Below, piece after piece: positions 14,574-29,319 of a stretch of DNA of 64,000 nt. Numbering within the stretch: position 1 is the first letter of the stretch; every line of letters starts with the position of its first letter. Below the pieces are notes generated by a model that saw nothing but the letters and a program-made list of their open reading frames with translations, was not told where the DNA came from and made no database searches. The position numbers and the translations under genes were made by a program. Source of the DNA: the human T2T-CHM13v2.0 reference genome, Homo sapiens; NCBI RefSeq assembly GCF_009914755.1, contig NC_060946.1. One strand, written 5' to 3'.

Positions 14574-14945
14574 TAAAAGATTTAAAAACAGCAAAAAGCT
14601 TACAGTGTAAGGATATAAAACATTTTTGTACAGCTATACAATGCGTTTGTTAGAAGCTGAGTGTTACGACAAGAGTCAAAAAGCTTAAAAATATTTCAAA
14701 GTTTATAAAGTAAAAAAGTTACAGCAAACTAATGTAGCATGACTAAAGATGGCAAAACAGTTTTACAAATTTAGTGTAGCATAAGTGCGCAGTGTTTAGA
14801 AAGTCTACGGTAGTACACAGTAATGCCCTAGCCCTTCACATTCACACACCACTCACTCACTGACTCACCCAGAGAAAGAAACTTCCAGTTCTACAGGCTC
14901 CATTCATGGTAAGTGCCCTATACAGGTATGCCATCTATACCATAT

Positions 14946-14947
<2 letters not shown>

Positions 14948-14984
<37 letters not shown>

Positions 14985-15272
14985 TTTTTTTGAGACAGAG
15001 TCTCACTCTGTCACCCAGGCTGGAGTGTAGTGGCACAGTCTCGGCTCATTGCAACCTCCGCCTCCCAGATTCAAGCAATTCTCCTGCCTCAGCCTCCTGA
15101 GTAGCTGGGACTACAGGTGCCCACCACAACGCCTGGCTAATTTTTTATATTTTTAGTAGAGATGGGGTTTCACCATATTAGCCAGGATGGTCCTGATTTC
15201 CTGACCTCATAATCTGCCCGCCTTGGCCTCCCAAAGTACTGGGATTACAGATGTGAGCCACCGCACCTGGCT
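14948..15272 (-). mobile_element. AluS nested in Tigger3, (TTTA)n tail
   Basis: TSD catctataccatattt at 14932-14947 and 15273-15288. Confidence 0.95.
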
Positions 15273-15407
15273 CATCTATACCATATTTTTACTGTACCTT
15301 TTCCATGTTTAGGTACACAAATGCTTACCATTGTGTTACAATTGCCTCCGGTAGTCAGTACAGTCACATGCTATACAGGTTTGCTGCCTAGAGGCAATAG
15401 GCTATAC

Positions 15408-15909
15408 CAGCAGTCCCCAGCCTTTTTGGTACCAGGTACCGGTTTTGTGGAAGACCATTTCTCCGCAGACAAAGGTTGGGGGAAGGGGATGGTTTGGGGA
15501 TGTTTTAGATACATTATATTTATTGTGTACTTTATTTCTATTATTATTACATTGTAATATATAATGCAGTAATTATACAACTCACCATAATGTAAAATCA
15601 GTGGGAGCCCTGAGTTTGTCTTCCTGCAATTAGACAGTCCCATCTGGGGGTGATGGGAGACAGTGACAGATCATCAGGCATTAGATTCTCATAAGGAGCC
15701 CTCTTGTGCTCAGTTCACAATAGGGTTTGCAATAATGTAATGCCACTGCCGATCTGACAGGAGGCGGAGCTCACGGGGTAACGGGAGTGATGGGGAGTGG
15801 CTGTAAATACAGATGAAGCTTCTCTCACTGGCCGGCAGTCCCTAACCTCCTGCTGTGTGGCCATGTTCCTAATAGGCCACGGACTGGTACCAGGGGCTGA
15901 GGACCCCTG
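15408..15909 (+). mobile_element. MER1A (hAT-Charlie) nested in Tigger3
   Basis: TIRs cagcagtcccc...ggacccctg and a perfect 8-bp TSD GGCTATAC at 15400-15407 and 15910-15917. Confidence 0.88.
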
Positions 15910-16929
15910 GGCTATACTATATAGGCTAGGTGTACACTCTATGATATTTATATAACAACAAAATTGCCTAACAACGCATTTCTCAGAATGTATCCCAGTC
16001 ATACACATGACTATACTACAAAAGTACTACAATTACTTTTTAATAATTTGTTTTCTTTACTGAGAGTGACTGCACCAGCACACACTTGAGGTCCAAGTCC
16101 CAGAGTCCAGAGAATGTGGCCTGTGGTTACATAAGATTGGAAAAGCAAATATCAGAGAAGGAACTGGCTACAAAGTGGACAGGGCCTACATCTCACAGAT
16201 CCTTGTAGGCCTGAAGAAGTGTAGACTGACTTAAGCCACTGGTGGTTTAAGCAAGGGAGTGTAGTGGCTGGTCTGCTGATCTGGTGTCACGGCAGAGATG
16301 ATTCCTAAGAAAAGATAAGGCTTCTGAGGCTAGGGGGCTGCTGGAAAAAGAGCAGCCCAATTCCCAGGAATGCCCTCCTCAAGCAGGGAAAGAGAGCCTG
16401 CTTTGGGTGGGTAATTTTTGGGGTCCTTAGTGCTTACGGGATTCCTGGAGGAGTGAAAGGAAACCAGATATTCAGAGCATGAAAGTAAACCAAATCCTCT
16501 TGATGGAAAACAAAGAAATGGAGGCAAAGGAAGTGGAATTCAACAGTGTGGTGTCAACTAAACAACAAAACTGGGCTTTATCATTTGCAGCTGCTACAAT
16601 ATTTACTGAGGTTACCTATGTAGAAGTGACTTTGGAACCAGGTATTGTGGAGGAGAAGAGGACTGAACTTAAGACTTGCTAGTTCTACCCTGAAATCCTG
16701 GCTTTCCAGAGGTAGGACCCTGAACAAGACATTAAATCAGAGCAAAACACACATTCCTTCTGAATGGCAATAGTCTCATTCATAGAATATGGGCAAAAAT
16801 TCCTGTTTCCACAGGTGTATTATGACGATTAGGTGAGAATTTGAATGTGCAAGTTTCTTATGGGTGCCATGCTTGATAACCACAGAGGACTATTATCAAT
16901 TCATACAATATCGAAATTCACCCACTTAC

Positions 16930-16938
16930 CTTAAATGT
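16930..16938 (-). other. Candidate 9-nt microexon ACATTTAAG (would add a stop codon to LARGE1)
   Basis: CTTTCTTGTTCTTTGCCTTTCCCTATTTCACCCAG|ACATTTAAG|GTAAGT on the - strand. Confidence 0.35.
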
Positions 16939-17422
16939 CTGGGTGAAATAGGGAAAGGCAAAGAACAAGAAAGTACACACACCTATGAGCATAAAAGGGC
17001 AACACACTTGTGAACATTCTCAGCAAGTGTCTTTAAAGACGATCTTCTAAGGCAAATCCATGCCCCCAACTGAAGGGCAGCTTATAAATTTGCCAAAGAA
17101 TCAGAGCAGCCACACAGTAAATGCATGTGCGGCTCCTTAAAAGCTTATTAAATGGTGCAGGTTAAAGGTATCGTAGAAAAACTCTAAGTGGCATAGAAGG
17201 ACAAAGAACTTCTCACAGAAGCTCTGGACTGTGCATCCTGATTGGTCTGAGTGGTATCTTTTTCCTTGGTACAAGCAGGAACACAAAAGCCTTATGTACA
17301 ACCCCCATACTGTTTTGTACTCTTTATTTTTGTTTTTGTCTTTATTTTTGTCTTTGGTATATTGTTTTATAGGCAGCAGTCACAGCCACAATGGAGATCC
17401 TTGGGTAAAAAATTACTTTGTT

Positions 17423-17842
<420 letters not shown>

Positions 17843-20139
17843 TTACTTTGTCAATTATAAGTCATTAGGAAGATACTAAGGTCAATGATGTGGTGATGAC
17901 AAAAATAACAGTAACAAATATTGTGACAAATACAACGGTAAAAGTCCTTCAAGTGAATGAAAACGTGTTGAGCACCTATGATGTGCATGGAACCGAGCTG
18001 CACATTATGGGGGAAATACATCATTCCTGCCCTTAGAATTGAATGAACACTCAAAAACATCCAACAGAGTCACAGCAGAAGGCACGTTATAGTAAGTCAC
18101 CCAATGGAGGGAAGTATAATGGCAAGACCAAAGACAGAAAAATAATCCTGATAAGACAGAATGGAAGAAACAGTGAAGAGGGACTCTACAAAAAAGGTGA
18201 GGTAGGTCTAGGAAGAAGGGGGTGGACCCTGCATGAGTTAACAACACAGAGACAGAAAAGGAACACGTGCATTCAGGGAACCATCGAGGCCGCAGCATGG
18301 GTAGGCTGCTGATTGGGGTCGCAAGTGGGAGTTGAGGTCGGAGCTTGGGGGTGAGCTGTTTTGATGACGTTGTAAAGGGAAATTAGAGCAAGATCCTGGA
18401 ATGCGGTAAGTGAGCCACTAACAATATCTGGCCTTACTCACTTGCTTTCTAGGCAATGAGGAGCCACAGAAAGCCTTTGAACAGGGAGTGGCACAGCCTT
18501 TGAGGAAGATTCCTCTGGAATCTATACGAAAGGCTGGAGGATAAAAGGAGGCAGAAAGCAAAGCCAAAGGGGTCAGACAGAAGCTAGCAAAGGCTTGTTC
18601 GAACAAGGAAGCCATTAGAGACAATTACAAGAAAGAGAAGTTTCTAGTTTAAAAGAACCGTATGAAGCTCTCGTTAAAAAGAAAACGGAGTTGCAGTAGT
18701 GAATTTCCAGGTTGGCTGCAGACCAAGCCCAGATTTAGGTTCACGGTGTAAAGAGCACAGCCTTCAGGGTCCAGGGGCAAAGGGAGGCATGCCATCTTTC
18801 TTTCTCCCAAGAAACAGCTCCAGGATGTGGGTGATGTACAAAGAAATTCTAGAATCAGCTCATGTCTACAGATGCTTTGGAAATCCATTGTGTCCAGTGA
18901 GGTACTGTAAGGTGATGAGTGGAAACAAGAATGAAAAAGGTGCTTGCTGATTCCAAAAACCTTACACACAGACACACACACTGATATCAGGCGGATTTGG
19001 GTAAGGCTCATATGAAGTTAATCAACAAATCAAGGGAAAAGGGACATGGAATTTGGAAAATGACTAAGAAATGTTGGAAGATAAAATTTGTGGTGTACCT
19101 TAGAGAGAAAAACTCCTGTATTTCAGGAGACTGCCATCCACACAGGCATTCTGAGCCCCCCTTTTTTCCCCCTCTACCCATGTGTGATGGTCTCTCTGCG
19201 GGACCTCATTCATTCACACAACTCCCTATACCACCCTTAACCTGAGAAGGGCCCGGCTGGGCCACCAAACCCAATTGCGATTCATCACTGAGCCCAGCCT
19301 TTGGTTGCAGCCAAAACAGGAAAGAGAATGAAGGAGGCTAGAAATACCATAAAGGCAAACTTGGAGCTAGTGCCCACCAAACCAATTCCCTGCTTCAGAA
19401 ATGGAACGATGCTGAACTGTCAGCTGAAGAAGGCTGCACAGCTTGAAAGAGGAAGCGTCAAAGGAAGCTTGGTGGAGAGGAGAGTGTGAATAGGGAAGTG
19501 CCAACAGGGACACGTGCAGGGGGTGGGAAGGCAGGCAGGACGCCCAGTGAGAGTGACAGAGGCCAGCAGAGCACGAGTGTGCAAGGAAACACAGGGAACG
19601 AGAGGCTGCGTGGGTGACAGTGTGCCGGGGTGACAGGCGGATACGGCACATGACGCAGAGTGGAAGACAACCACAGGTAGAGAAGTGTCAGCAAAGGAAT
19701 GCATTTTTGCTGTTCTCCTAACAATTCAGCACACATCAGATGGGAAGGGTGAAGGAGGAGAGCATGAGACAGGGGTGAAAAGCAGAGCCACAGGGACAAT
19801 GAAGGACTAAGTCCCATAATACAAAGACCACGGGTCTTTCTTGACTGGACTGATGATGCTATGGGGGTGGAGGTGGAAGTGGGAATCCCTGGCTCTCAGC
19901 CACAGTTCTATAAGGGTCACCTTCGTGCCCTCATCTGTATGCTCCAGTAGGCTCATTACCCAGGAGAGAATTATCTCCAGATAGAGAAGGGAAGAGTTGA
20001 TATAATGTAGACCAAACTCCACCCAGCCATGCCCACAGGCTATGGTACGGGAGACCCATCCCTCCCAGAAAATGGTGAACAAAGGCTCTGCATGCATTTA
20101 TCAACTTTGTAACAGTCATGGTAACTTCTTCTCCCTTGG

Positions 20140-20700
20140 CTCATTCATTTATTCATCCATTCATTCATTCGGCAATTATTACTGAGTGTCTGGGACAAGC
20201 TGGGCACTTCTAAGTGTACTGAACATGACCAACCAATCACCTGCCCTCAGGGAGTTTACAGTCCAGCGGGAGAACATAGAAAAGAGACAGTCTCAACAGC
20301 CAGCAAATACAGTGGAGGCATCAGGCAGTGATCAGAGTTGTGAAGGAAATAAAGGAAGGAAAGGTGGGGTGGGAGGAGGAGGGTTCTGATTCTGACTTCA
20401 TAAAGGGCCCTCTCTCACAAGGTGAAGTGTAAACAAAGACCTGCAGGAAGTAAAGGGGCTACAAGGGATCCATGGAAAGAGCATTCCCAGAAGCGGGGCC
20501 AGGGCAGTGCGCACAGTGAGGAGAGCAGGTGTGTGTGAGGTGAGTAAGAGAAGACACAAGGGTGGGGGCCGCGGGAGGCAGAGCCAGGAGGGCAGGGCTG
20601 AGTGGCTCTGGAAGCTCTGGAAAGGCCAGCGGTCAGGTCTGATGGTGGGTCTGAGCAGAGTCGCTTTGTGACACCCTTCTGCTACTGCATGGGGCGAGGG
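20140..20700 (-). mobile_element. L2 3' fragment
   Basis: (ATTC)n tail, cctgccctcagggagtttacagtcc, cataaagggccctctctcacaaggtga. Confidence 0.7.
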
Positions 20701-21299
20701 AAGAATCCCAGGATGTGGTCTGGGAGGCAGGAGCACAGAGGCGACAGGGTGGTGACCTGCCCATTGGCCTCGGCCGGTATTCTGAATGCAAGGGTCAGCA
20801 GCAGCAACTGTGCAATAGTGCCTTTCTTTTCAAAGAGCCAGCTGCTCTGATTCACAGACAGTCCCTCCCAGTTGAGGGTTCATCAGGAACTAGAGGACCA
20901 ACCAACAAGGTCATTTACCTGTCACCACTGCTGCATTCACTGGTAATCAAAAGGGGCAGGGTAGGGGAGGACCACGGACCCAAAGAGAAGGTCTGGGAGC
21001 ATGCAGACATGCCTCTCAAGCCTCACAATTGTCCTTTTGCTAAATTTAGGTTGAAACAAAACGTTCAAAGCCCCCTCGGAAGCCCATCCACAGGTGTGTG
21101 ACTGTGAACCGCATCGTAATCTCCTAGAAAGCAAGAACATCAGGCTTACATTTTCCACTTGCCTCTCACGGCTCAGAGCTCTGCAGTATATACAGTAAGC
21201 ACCAAATGAACACTTTTCAGATAAATTAAATAACTGCAGAATAGTCATAATGACAGTGTTTTTTTTAAAACAATATTTAATAATTGCTTACTCTGTGCC

Positions 21300-21500
21300 A
21301 GTACTTTTCAGCCAGGGGCAATTTGCCCCCCTTGCCGCGGAGACATTTGGCAATGTCTGGAGACACTTTTGGAGTCACAAATCAGGGGAGAGATGCTGCT
21401 GGTACATAGTAGGTTCGGAAAGCTGCAAAATGTCATACAGTTCACAAGACAGCCTCCCTGCCCCCCATAAGGAAGGATTCTCCAGCCCCCAAAATCTAGC
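21300..21500 (+). mobile_element. MER20
   Basis: ggggcaatttgcccccc...gacatttggcaatgtctggagacacttttgg. Confidence 0.85.
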
Positions 21501-23696
21501 GCTTATAAATCACTATTTATTTTCACAGCTACTCTTTTTTTTTTTTTTTTTCCAGTTGAGGAAACTGGGCCCTGAGACATTAACTTGCCCAAAAGATCAC
21601 AGTGGGCAACATTCTAGAGCACAGTGGAAGCCGACAGGTAAATAAGTAGATGGGTAGAGTGCAACAGACAGGCAGACAGATTGAGACAAAAATGGGAAAA
21701 CTGGGAAATATGGAAAAGAACAGGGAATGGATGAAAAGTAGTCCTAAGCCAAGCTCTGCCAAGAAATGACACATGGCCCTGGGCCTTCCCCTCCTGACTC
21801 TAAACCTGAGAGCACACAGCTATAAAATTCCAGGAGGTGTAGAAGATCACTGACTTCCAGCTTTAACATCTTCAGGACAAGTTTTTCCCTGCAACTGAAA
21901 TATTAGCATTATATAAATACTCGTAAACACGTGGCAATATTCACCGTACAAATCCTAAATTCCTTCCCCTTTACTCAGCAAAGGCAGGAGATGCCAAATG
22001 TCTTATGATATACTCCTCCCCTCCTCCTTTCCTTGCTTCTAAAAATATCTGTGAACAGCCACCTGTGCCAAGCACTGAGCCAGGGCTGGAAATATTCTAA
22101 TGCCAGATGTGCAAAGTCCTTTTTAATATGGTGTATTTGTGAAGCTTCCATTACTTGGCCAGCCCCAAGGTGGGCAATTTCCCTACTGCACAGATGGGGC
22201 ACTACACTGGGACTCCAGCTAACTTTATAAGCAGCAGGCAAGACTGGGGGAATTGGGGTGCAGGGACAGAATTCCCTCCCCACTCGGATCATGCCTCCCA
22301 GTCAGTGTCAATATCTACCTCTCTGCTCAATAAATCCTGATGATCATCTTAATAGAAATCATTACCTACTAAATGGCAAAGGAATGAGAAAGCAAGGCAA
22401 TATGGATGAGAGAAAGAGGTTTTGAGATGAGATGTGAGTAGATTTGGAAAAGCCGGGTAGGGAGAATCAGTCTGTCATGGCTAGCACGGATGGGTCAATG
22501 CCGGCAGCAGAAACAAGGCTCCCTGAAGGTCAAGGTGACAGGGGGAAGCCAGGAGGAGCTGGAAGACAGTTATGGATGGGCTCCAAATTGGTCCCTAAAG
22601 AAAATGATGTTTTCTATTTCTTATGACAATATTGTTATAGGGCTGTTAACAAGAATCAAGAAATGTCAGACTGTGCCAAGGGATGACATCCAGTAACAGC
22701 CTGAGCTGGTTTGATTAAGCCATTTAATTAGCATCTGTTTGGGGCTGGGCACTGAACAGAGGGTGATCCATTCACCATCTGATTCAATTCTCTCATTAAA
22801 GGAGGTAGTAGGTATTACTCTTGTATATATCGCAATGAGGAACCAAGACCCATAAAGGTGCTAATATTTTGCTAAACCAAATAAAGTAAAAGAGTGTATC
22901 TAATGCCCTGTTTCTCTCACCACCCTACAGCAATGTCAGTGAAGATGGAAAACAGAACGTGGAGAGAGATGTAGCTTACTAGAGCCCTGTGGCTTCAATC
23001 CCCACCAGGAATGTCGTTTAAGAGGAAGGTGATCTAGCACAAATTCACATTTGCTTGAGGAAGAATACAAATGTATGTCTGTTTATCTTCTTGGTCTGGA
23101 AAGTATTATTATCATGTCCATCTTATAGATGCAGAAAGTAAGACCCAGAAGAATCACATGATACACGTGATATCACAAATATACTGGCTGATAAGGCTGG
23201 GACCTGAAACTAGTTCCTCTCTCTAAATGGCTAACACAGAAAGCCAAGGCAACGACAGTCAGGGAAGGCAGGGACTTCCTCAGGCTTGGAAAGGTCAGGG
23301 GAAGCTTCTTAGGGCAGGTGAGATTTGAGCAGAGCAGGGCCAGCATTAAAGACATCAGCAGGGAGGAGAGGTGAGATCAAAGGACTGGGGACAGGTAAGG
23401 GGTATTCAGGGGTCAGGTAGATGGATCTGCACTCACAAGCCCTGATATCAAAGGCCAAGTGTCCATATAAACAGAGAGAAAACCCAAGTCTGATCCAGCA
23501 ATGTCTTGCTCAAAGCCCTTGAAATGACTTCACATCAACTGTGCTACTCAATTCATATGATCTGGCTCCTGTCTACTTCAGTAGCCCCAACTCCACTTGT
23601 AGTATCCCGTATTCATCATCTACACCTATACACATATGCAGGCTATTCCTCCAGCCTACAGACTCTTTATCCCACAAATTAAAAAATTTCCAGAAC

Positions 23697-24143
<447 letters not shown>

Positions 24144-25406
24144 CTATACTAGACTGGCCTGCTGTGTCCCACTTCCTCACTAGCTACTAGAGGGCAGGAC
24201 CCATAGGTCTACACCCATGAGGTAGACACTCAATAATTATCAAGTCTACAAACACACGGTTACGGATAGAGGAAGGGAGTAAATATAGTATTAGGTGAGT
24301 GAGTCCTTGGCCTGCGGTTGGCCTCAGCTTTCTCTACTTTGCCAAAGAAATAATATCCAGCTTTCTTTACTTGTCTGATAATGTTTGTAAAAAGATCCAG
24401 AAGCTCAAAGGTATTAACTGTCACCCCCCTCCCCGCAAAAAAAGGCATTCTTGGAATGAGCTTTTATTTCAGAAAAGAAACCAATTTATGTAGTGTCATC
24501 ATAAAATAATGCATAGAGATGATGAACTGACGATGATATAGTGATAAGAATTCTTGTTTCATTTATAATATAAACCTTAATTCCTGCCCTCCCCCAAAAT
24601 GAGTTAACTTACAATTAAAACACATGTATATAGAACACCAAAGTGCAGATTAAGCAAAAGGCAATATGCAATGGGGAAAGGAATTGGGAAGGAAATAATT
24701 ACATGAAGTCACAGCCAAAGATACTGACTGCAATCAACCATCCAATTTTAAGGCAGCAGCCTCAGAAGGAAGAGAAAAAGACATGAGTTGAATTAGGTCT
24801 CTCTCCTTTGACAGAAGGGACATTGAACAATGTCATGGGAAATGGGTTAAGCTTCAGCCTTTCAAGGGATATAAACTATCACTAATGCATTCCAGAAGAT
24901 GAGGAATCAAATTTACTTGCTGTGCTCAATATCATGAGAGATAAATATGCTAATAATATGATCAGTTAGGGTATAACACACCAGACTTCCTCCATCCAAT
25001 GACTCTGGTCTGCTTCAAAGTAGCCACATTAGGAGGCTTTTCATTTACTTCCACTGAAAATGCCACCAATCCCTCAAAGAGCTGGGTGCCCTTATTTAAG
25101 GGCCTGCAAAGCCCATTCCCAAACAACAGGCGCTATCAAGGACAATGAAGATCAACAACAGGAACACAGGATGGACATGGCCCTAGCCCCTTCCCTAAGC
25201 CTTGGTTCCTACAGTTGCAAAGATCTTTATCTCTGCTTCCTGAGGAAGGCTGTCAAGAGAAGCAAATGAGTTAGCGTACACACATGTAGAGGCTCTCATG
25301 CTTACCCGTTCTCCCCTCATCAAGTATTTATGGAGGACCTATAAGATGCCAGGCATGAGTCTCATTGTTGGGGTATGGAAATGACAGAAGTCCCTGCCCT
25401 CATGAA

Positions 25407-25464
25407 GTGTGTGTGTGCGTGTGTGCATGCGTGTGTGTGTGCGTGCATGCGTGCGTGTGTGTGT
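25407..25464. repeat. 58-bp alternating purine-pyrimidine (GT/GC/AT) tract
   Basis: Read directly. Confidence 0.9.
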
Positions 25465-25487
25465 TGAGGGAGACAGAGACCAAAATA

Positions 25488-26022
25488 CAGTTAACCCTTG
25501 AACAACACGGGTTTAAAGTGCATGAGTCCACAAATACACAGATTTTCTCTTGCCTCTGCCACCCCTGAGACAGCAAGACCAATCTCTCCTCCTCCTCAGC
25601 CTACTCAACATGAAGATGAAGATGAAAACCTCTATGATGATCTGCTTCTACTTAATACATAGTAAATATATTTTCCTTTTGATGTTCTTAATAACAATTT
25701 CTCCTCTCTAGTTTACTTCACTGTAAGAGTACAGTATATAATATATAACATACATACAAACTACATGTGAATCAACTGTTACTGTTAAAGCTTCTGGTCA
25801 ACAGTAGGTTATCAAGAGTCAAATGTTCAGGAAGTCAAAAGTTATATGCATCTCCACGATGTGCTTATTTCACATTGCATGCCTGTACCAAAACAACTCA
25901 TGCACGCTGTAAATCTATACACCTACTATGTATCCATAAAATTGTTTTTGAAAGCTTACACGAATTTTTGACTGTGCAGGGGGTTAGTGTCCCTAGTTCC
26001 CATGTTGTTTAAGGGTCAACTG
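25488..26022 (+). mobile_element. Tigger2a/MER28 with a nested L1MA 3' fragment (about 25850-25945)
   Basis: TIRs cagttaacccttgaacaac and gttgtttaagggtcaactg with TA TSDs. The internal cattgcatgcctgta...tatacacctactatgta is an L1MA terminus. Confidence 0.85.
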
Positions 26023-26117
26023 TAATATGACTGTATTATACAACATATTAAAAAGTGGTAAGGAGAAAAATTAAGTAGGGATGAATGATGAGAAGTGGAG
26101 AGGGGGTTGCATTTCTA

Positions 26118-26747
<630 letters not shown>

Positions 26748-26828
26748 CGGCCTGCATTTCTAAGTAGAATGACCCGAGAGAACTTATTGAGATAGTGATA
26801 TTGGGGCAAAACTTGGATATCTGAGGAG

Positions 26829-26916
26829 GTTAAATTCAGGAAAGGGAATAGCTAGTTGTATTCGTCAGAGCTGTTAAATTCAGGAAAGGGAATGGCTAGT
26901 TGTATTCGTCAGAGCT
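26829..26916. repeat. 44-bp tandem duplication
   Basis: Two copies of gttaaattcaggaaagggaatRgctagttgtattcgtcagagct with one mismatch. Confidence 0.95.
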
Positions 26917-26967
26917 GTAGCAGGAAAAAGATGCCATACTCAAACTGGGTAATTTGAAGAGCGTGTA

Positions 26968-27332
26968 ATAACAGAGTAGAATGGTGCTTCCTGGGGCTGG
27001 GGGGAGGAAGAAATGTGGAGGTATTATTCAAAGGGTACAATATTACAGTTACACAAGATGAGTAAGTCCTACAGAGCTACTGCAAAACACAGAGCCTATA
27101 GTTAACAATACTGTATCGTAGACTTCGAAGTTTGCTGGGAGGGTAGATTTATGTTAAGCCCTATCACTAATAATAAATAAAGAGGGCAGCAGGAAACAGA
27201 GGTGATGGATTATAGACTGTGGTAATGGGTTCACCAGTGTACATTTATCTGCAAACTCATCAAGTTGTACACATTAAATATGTACAGCTTTTTGTATGTC
27301 TTTCATCCTCTATAAAGTCGTTTTAAAAACAA
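26968..27332 (+). mobile_element. L1MA/L1MB 3' fragment
   Basis: acagagtagaatggtg...caaagggtacaa...tatagttaacaatactgtat...caaactcatcaagttgtacacattaaatatg. Confidence 0.8.
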
Positions 27333-29319
27333 ACAAGGCAGCTTTAGATATAGTCACTGAATCAGTAATTAATCTACTTAAAAGTCCTTGTATTCAGACC
27401 ATATTTCGCTACAGGAAAATAATGATTAAGCATTCAAATGCCTTGCTTTTATTCAGCTATACTATGTCTTCTGAAATCACCTTATCTATTATGCAGTAAA
27501 TTCATGAAACAAAAAAGAAAAGCAGGGCTTACGGAAACAACAAGAGCTTCGGTAGCCCCAGGTTAGTGATAGTAGGCACCATGTCACCTCTAGGCCTGAA
27601 GTGGTCCCAGAAAGGACATCAGAAATGAGACACAAGAACAGCACAGAAAGGTCGTGTGCAGGAGCTGTGGTCTTCATTGCTTCGTTCCTTCTGCCCACAG
27701 AGAAGCAGCCTCGGGGAGCGGGCGGGGCTGGGGAATCCCTGGCCTCCCTCCTTTCCTTCTGGCTGATCTTCTGCAGAAGACCTCACAAAAGGGAGCTGAG
27801 GGGCCAGGAAGCCTGTGGATGCCCTGAAGAAGAATGAGTAGATCTGAAAGGGCAGTAGAACAGAACCAGAATCCAGTGCAAAGGCCCTGGGGCAGGAGTT
27901 CGCAGGAGAAGCGGGGAGAAGGAACCAGCCTATGATCCAGGAATGCAGTGAACAAGATTTGGGAAGTTGACAGAGAATATGAGGCCTCCTCTCCAAACAG
28001 AAACTCCAGGACGCTTGGTTGAGTCACTGACACATGCACAGTGCTGAGCATAGTACCAGACACCAGAGTCTGTGTTCCAGAAATGGAAGAATAGGTGAGT
28101 AATGAAAGTCTAAGTAAGCAAATTCTTCGCAAATGGGGAAAAGATTGAATGTATAGGGCTGCATATATTAGAAGCCCCCTGGAATCTCTGCATCCAGAAG
28201 ATTGCAGTCACCTTTGAAGCACTCACCACCAGAGTCTACTCGCACACTCTCCTGTGGCAGCCGTTCACCTCGGCCCTTTTCCTAGGGATTTGCCTTCAAG
28301 TCCCAGAATGGGCCTCAGGGTCTTTGCATTCGCCTTTCTATGAGTCTGAAACACCACCCACCCCCTCACCTGTGGGCAGGCAAAGCACCTCCTGTGTTCA
28401 TGTCATCTCCTGTATCAAGCCCTTCCTGATGACCAACTTGCAGCCGGGTGCCCTCTATCCATGCCTCCATGGCCGCCTATGATAATGTCCCCCATATCAT
28501 TTACCATTCTGCTCATGAATTTGGCTTCATTCATCTCGCAACAACCCCAGAGTATTAAGCCACTCGAGGGTGGAAGCTGGTGCTTTTACCTCCGCACCTC
28601 TCATGCCCGACAGAGTCCATGGCAGAAGGCCGGCTCTCAGATTTTAGCTGCATTCCTGAATGAAGGAATCAATAAAAGCCACACAGCATTAAGTGGCAGA
28701 CTCTAGTAATTTAATTCCTGGTCCTGGGCTCTTTGATATAAAATAACTCTTCTATTTTTAATACACCCCACATTCCTGAAGATGACACTACTGCAAAATT
28801 AAAGAAATGTGATGAACAGCTTACAACCTGCAACACACTCGGCAGCTCAAAATGACAACATTAATTTAATGAACTTAAACACTGGTGAACTTTTTAACAC
28901 ATCCAGAGTTATTTACACTGGGAAATGCATACTTAAGACTGCCTGCCAAAGAGACTCAAATAGAGATGACACATATATCTTTCACATGTTAATTTGCATT
29001 TGAAACTTTGAGCTTTGATACAGGTTGGCTTTTCTCTTTTGGAATGAAGAAATCAAGAGACTAATTTTTTACCCATCCATCCATCTATCCATCTATCCAT
29101 CCATCCAGCCACATCTTTCCTAAGTGACAGGTAAATCACTAGTTGTTGGGAATGCAAAGAGATAAACCTTGCCATCACAGTATATTTAGGGAGATAGACA
29201 AACAGCAGTGAATATAATGTAAATTTAGTATAATAATCAAACGACAAAGTGCTGGGGGACACGGCTTGTTGAATGGCTTGCTGGGGAGAAGCAGAAAGAC
29301 CATAGCATTCATGGAGATG

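Noticed and set aside
24184-24197. CTCF-like CTACTAGAGGGCAG (also weaker matches near 2700 and 52043)
   Set aside because: Mismatches fall at informative core positions and the context is likely repeat-derived.
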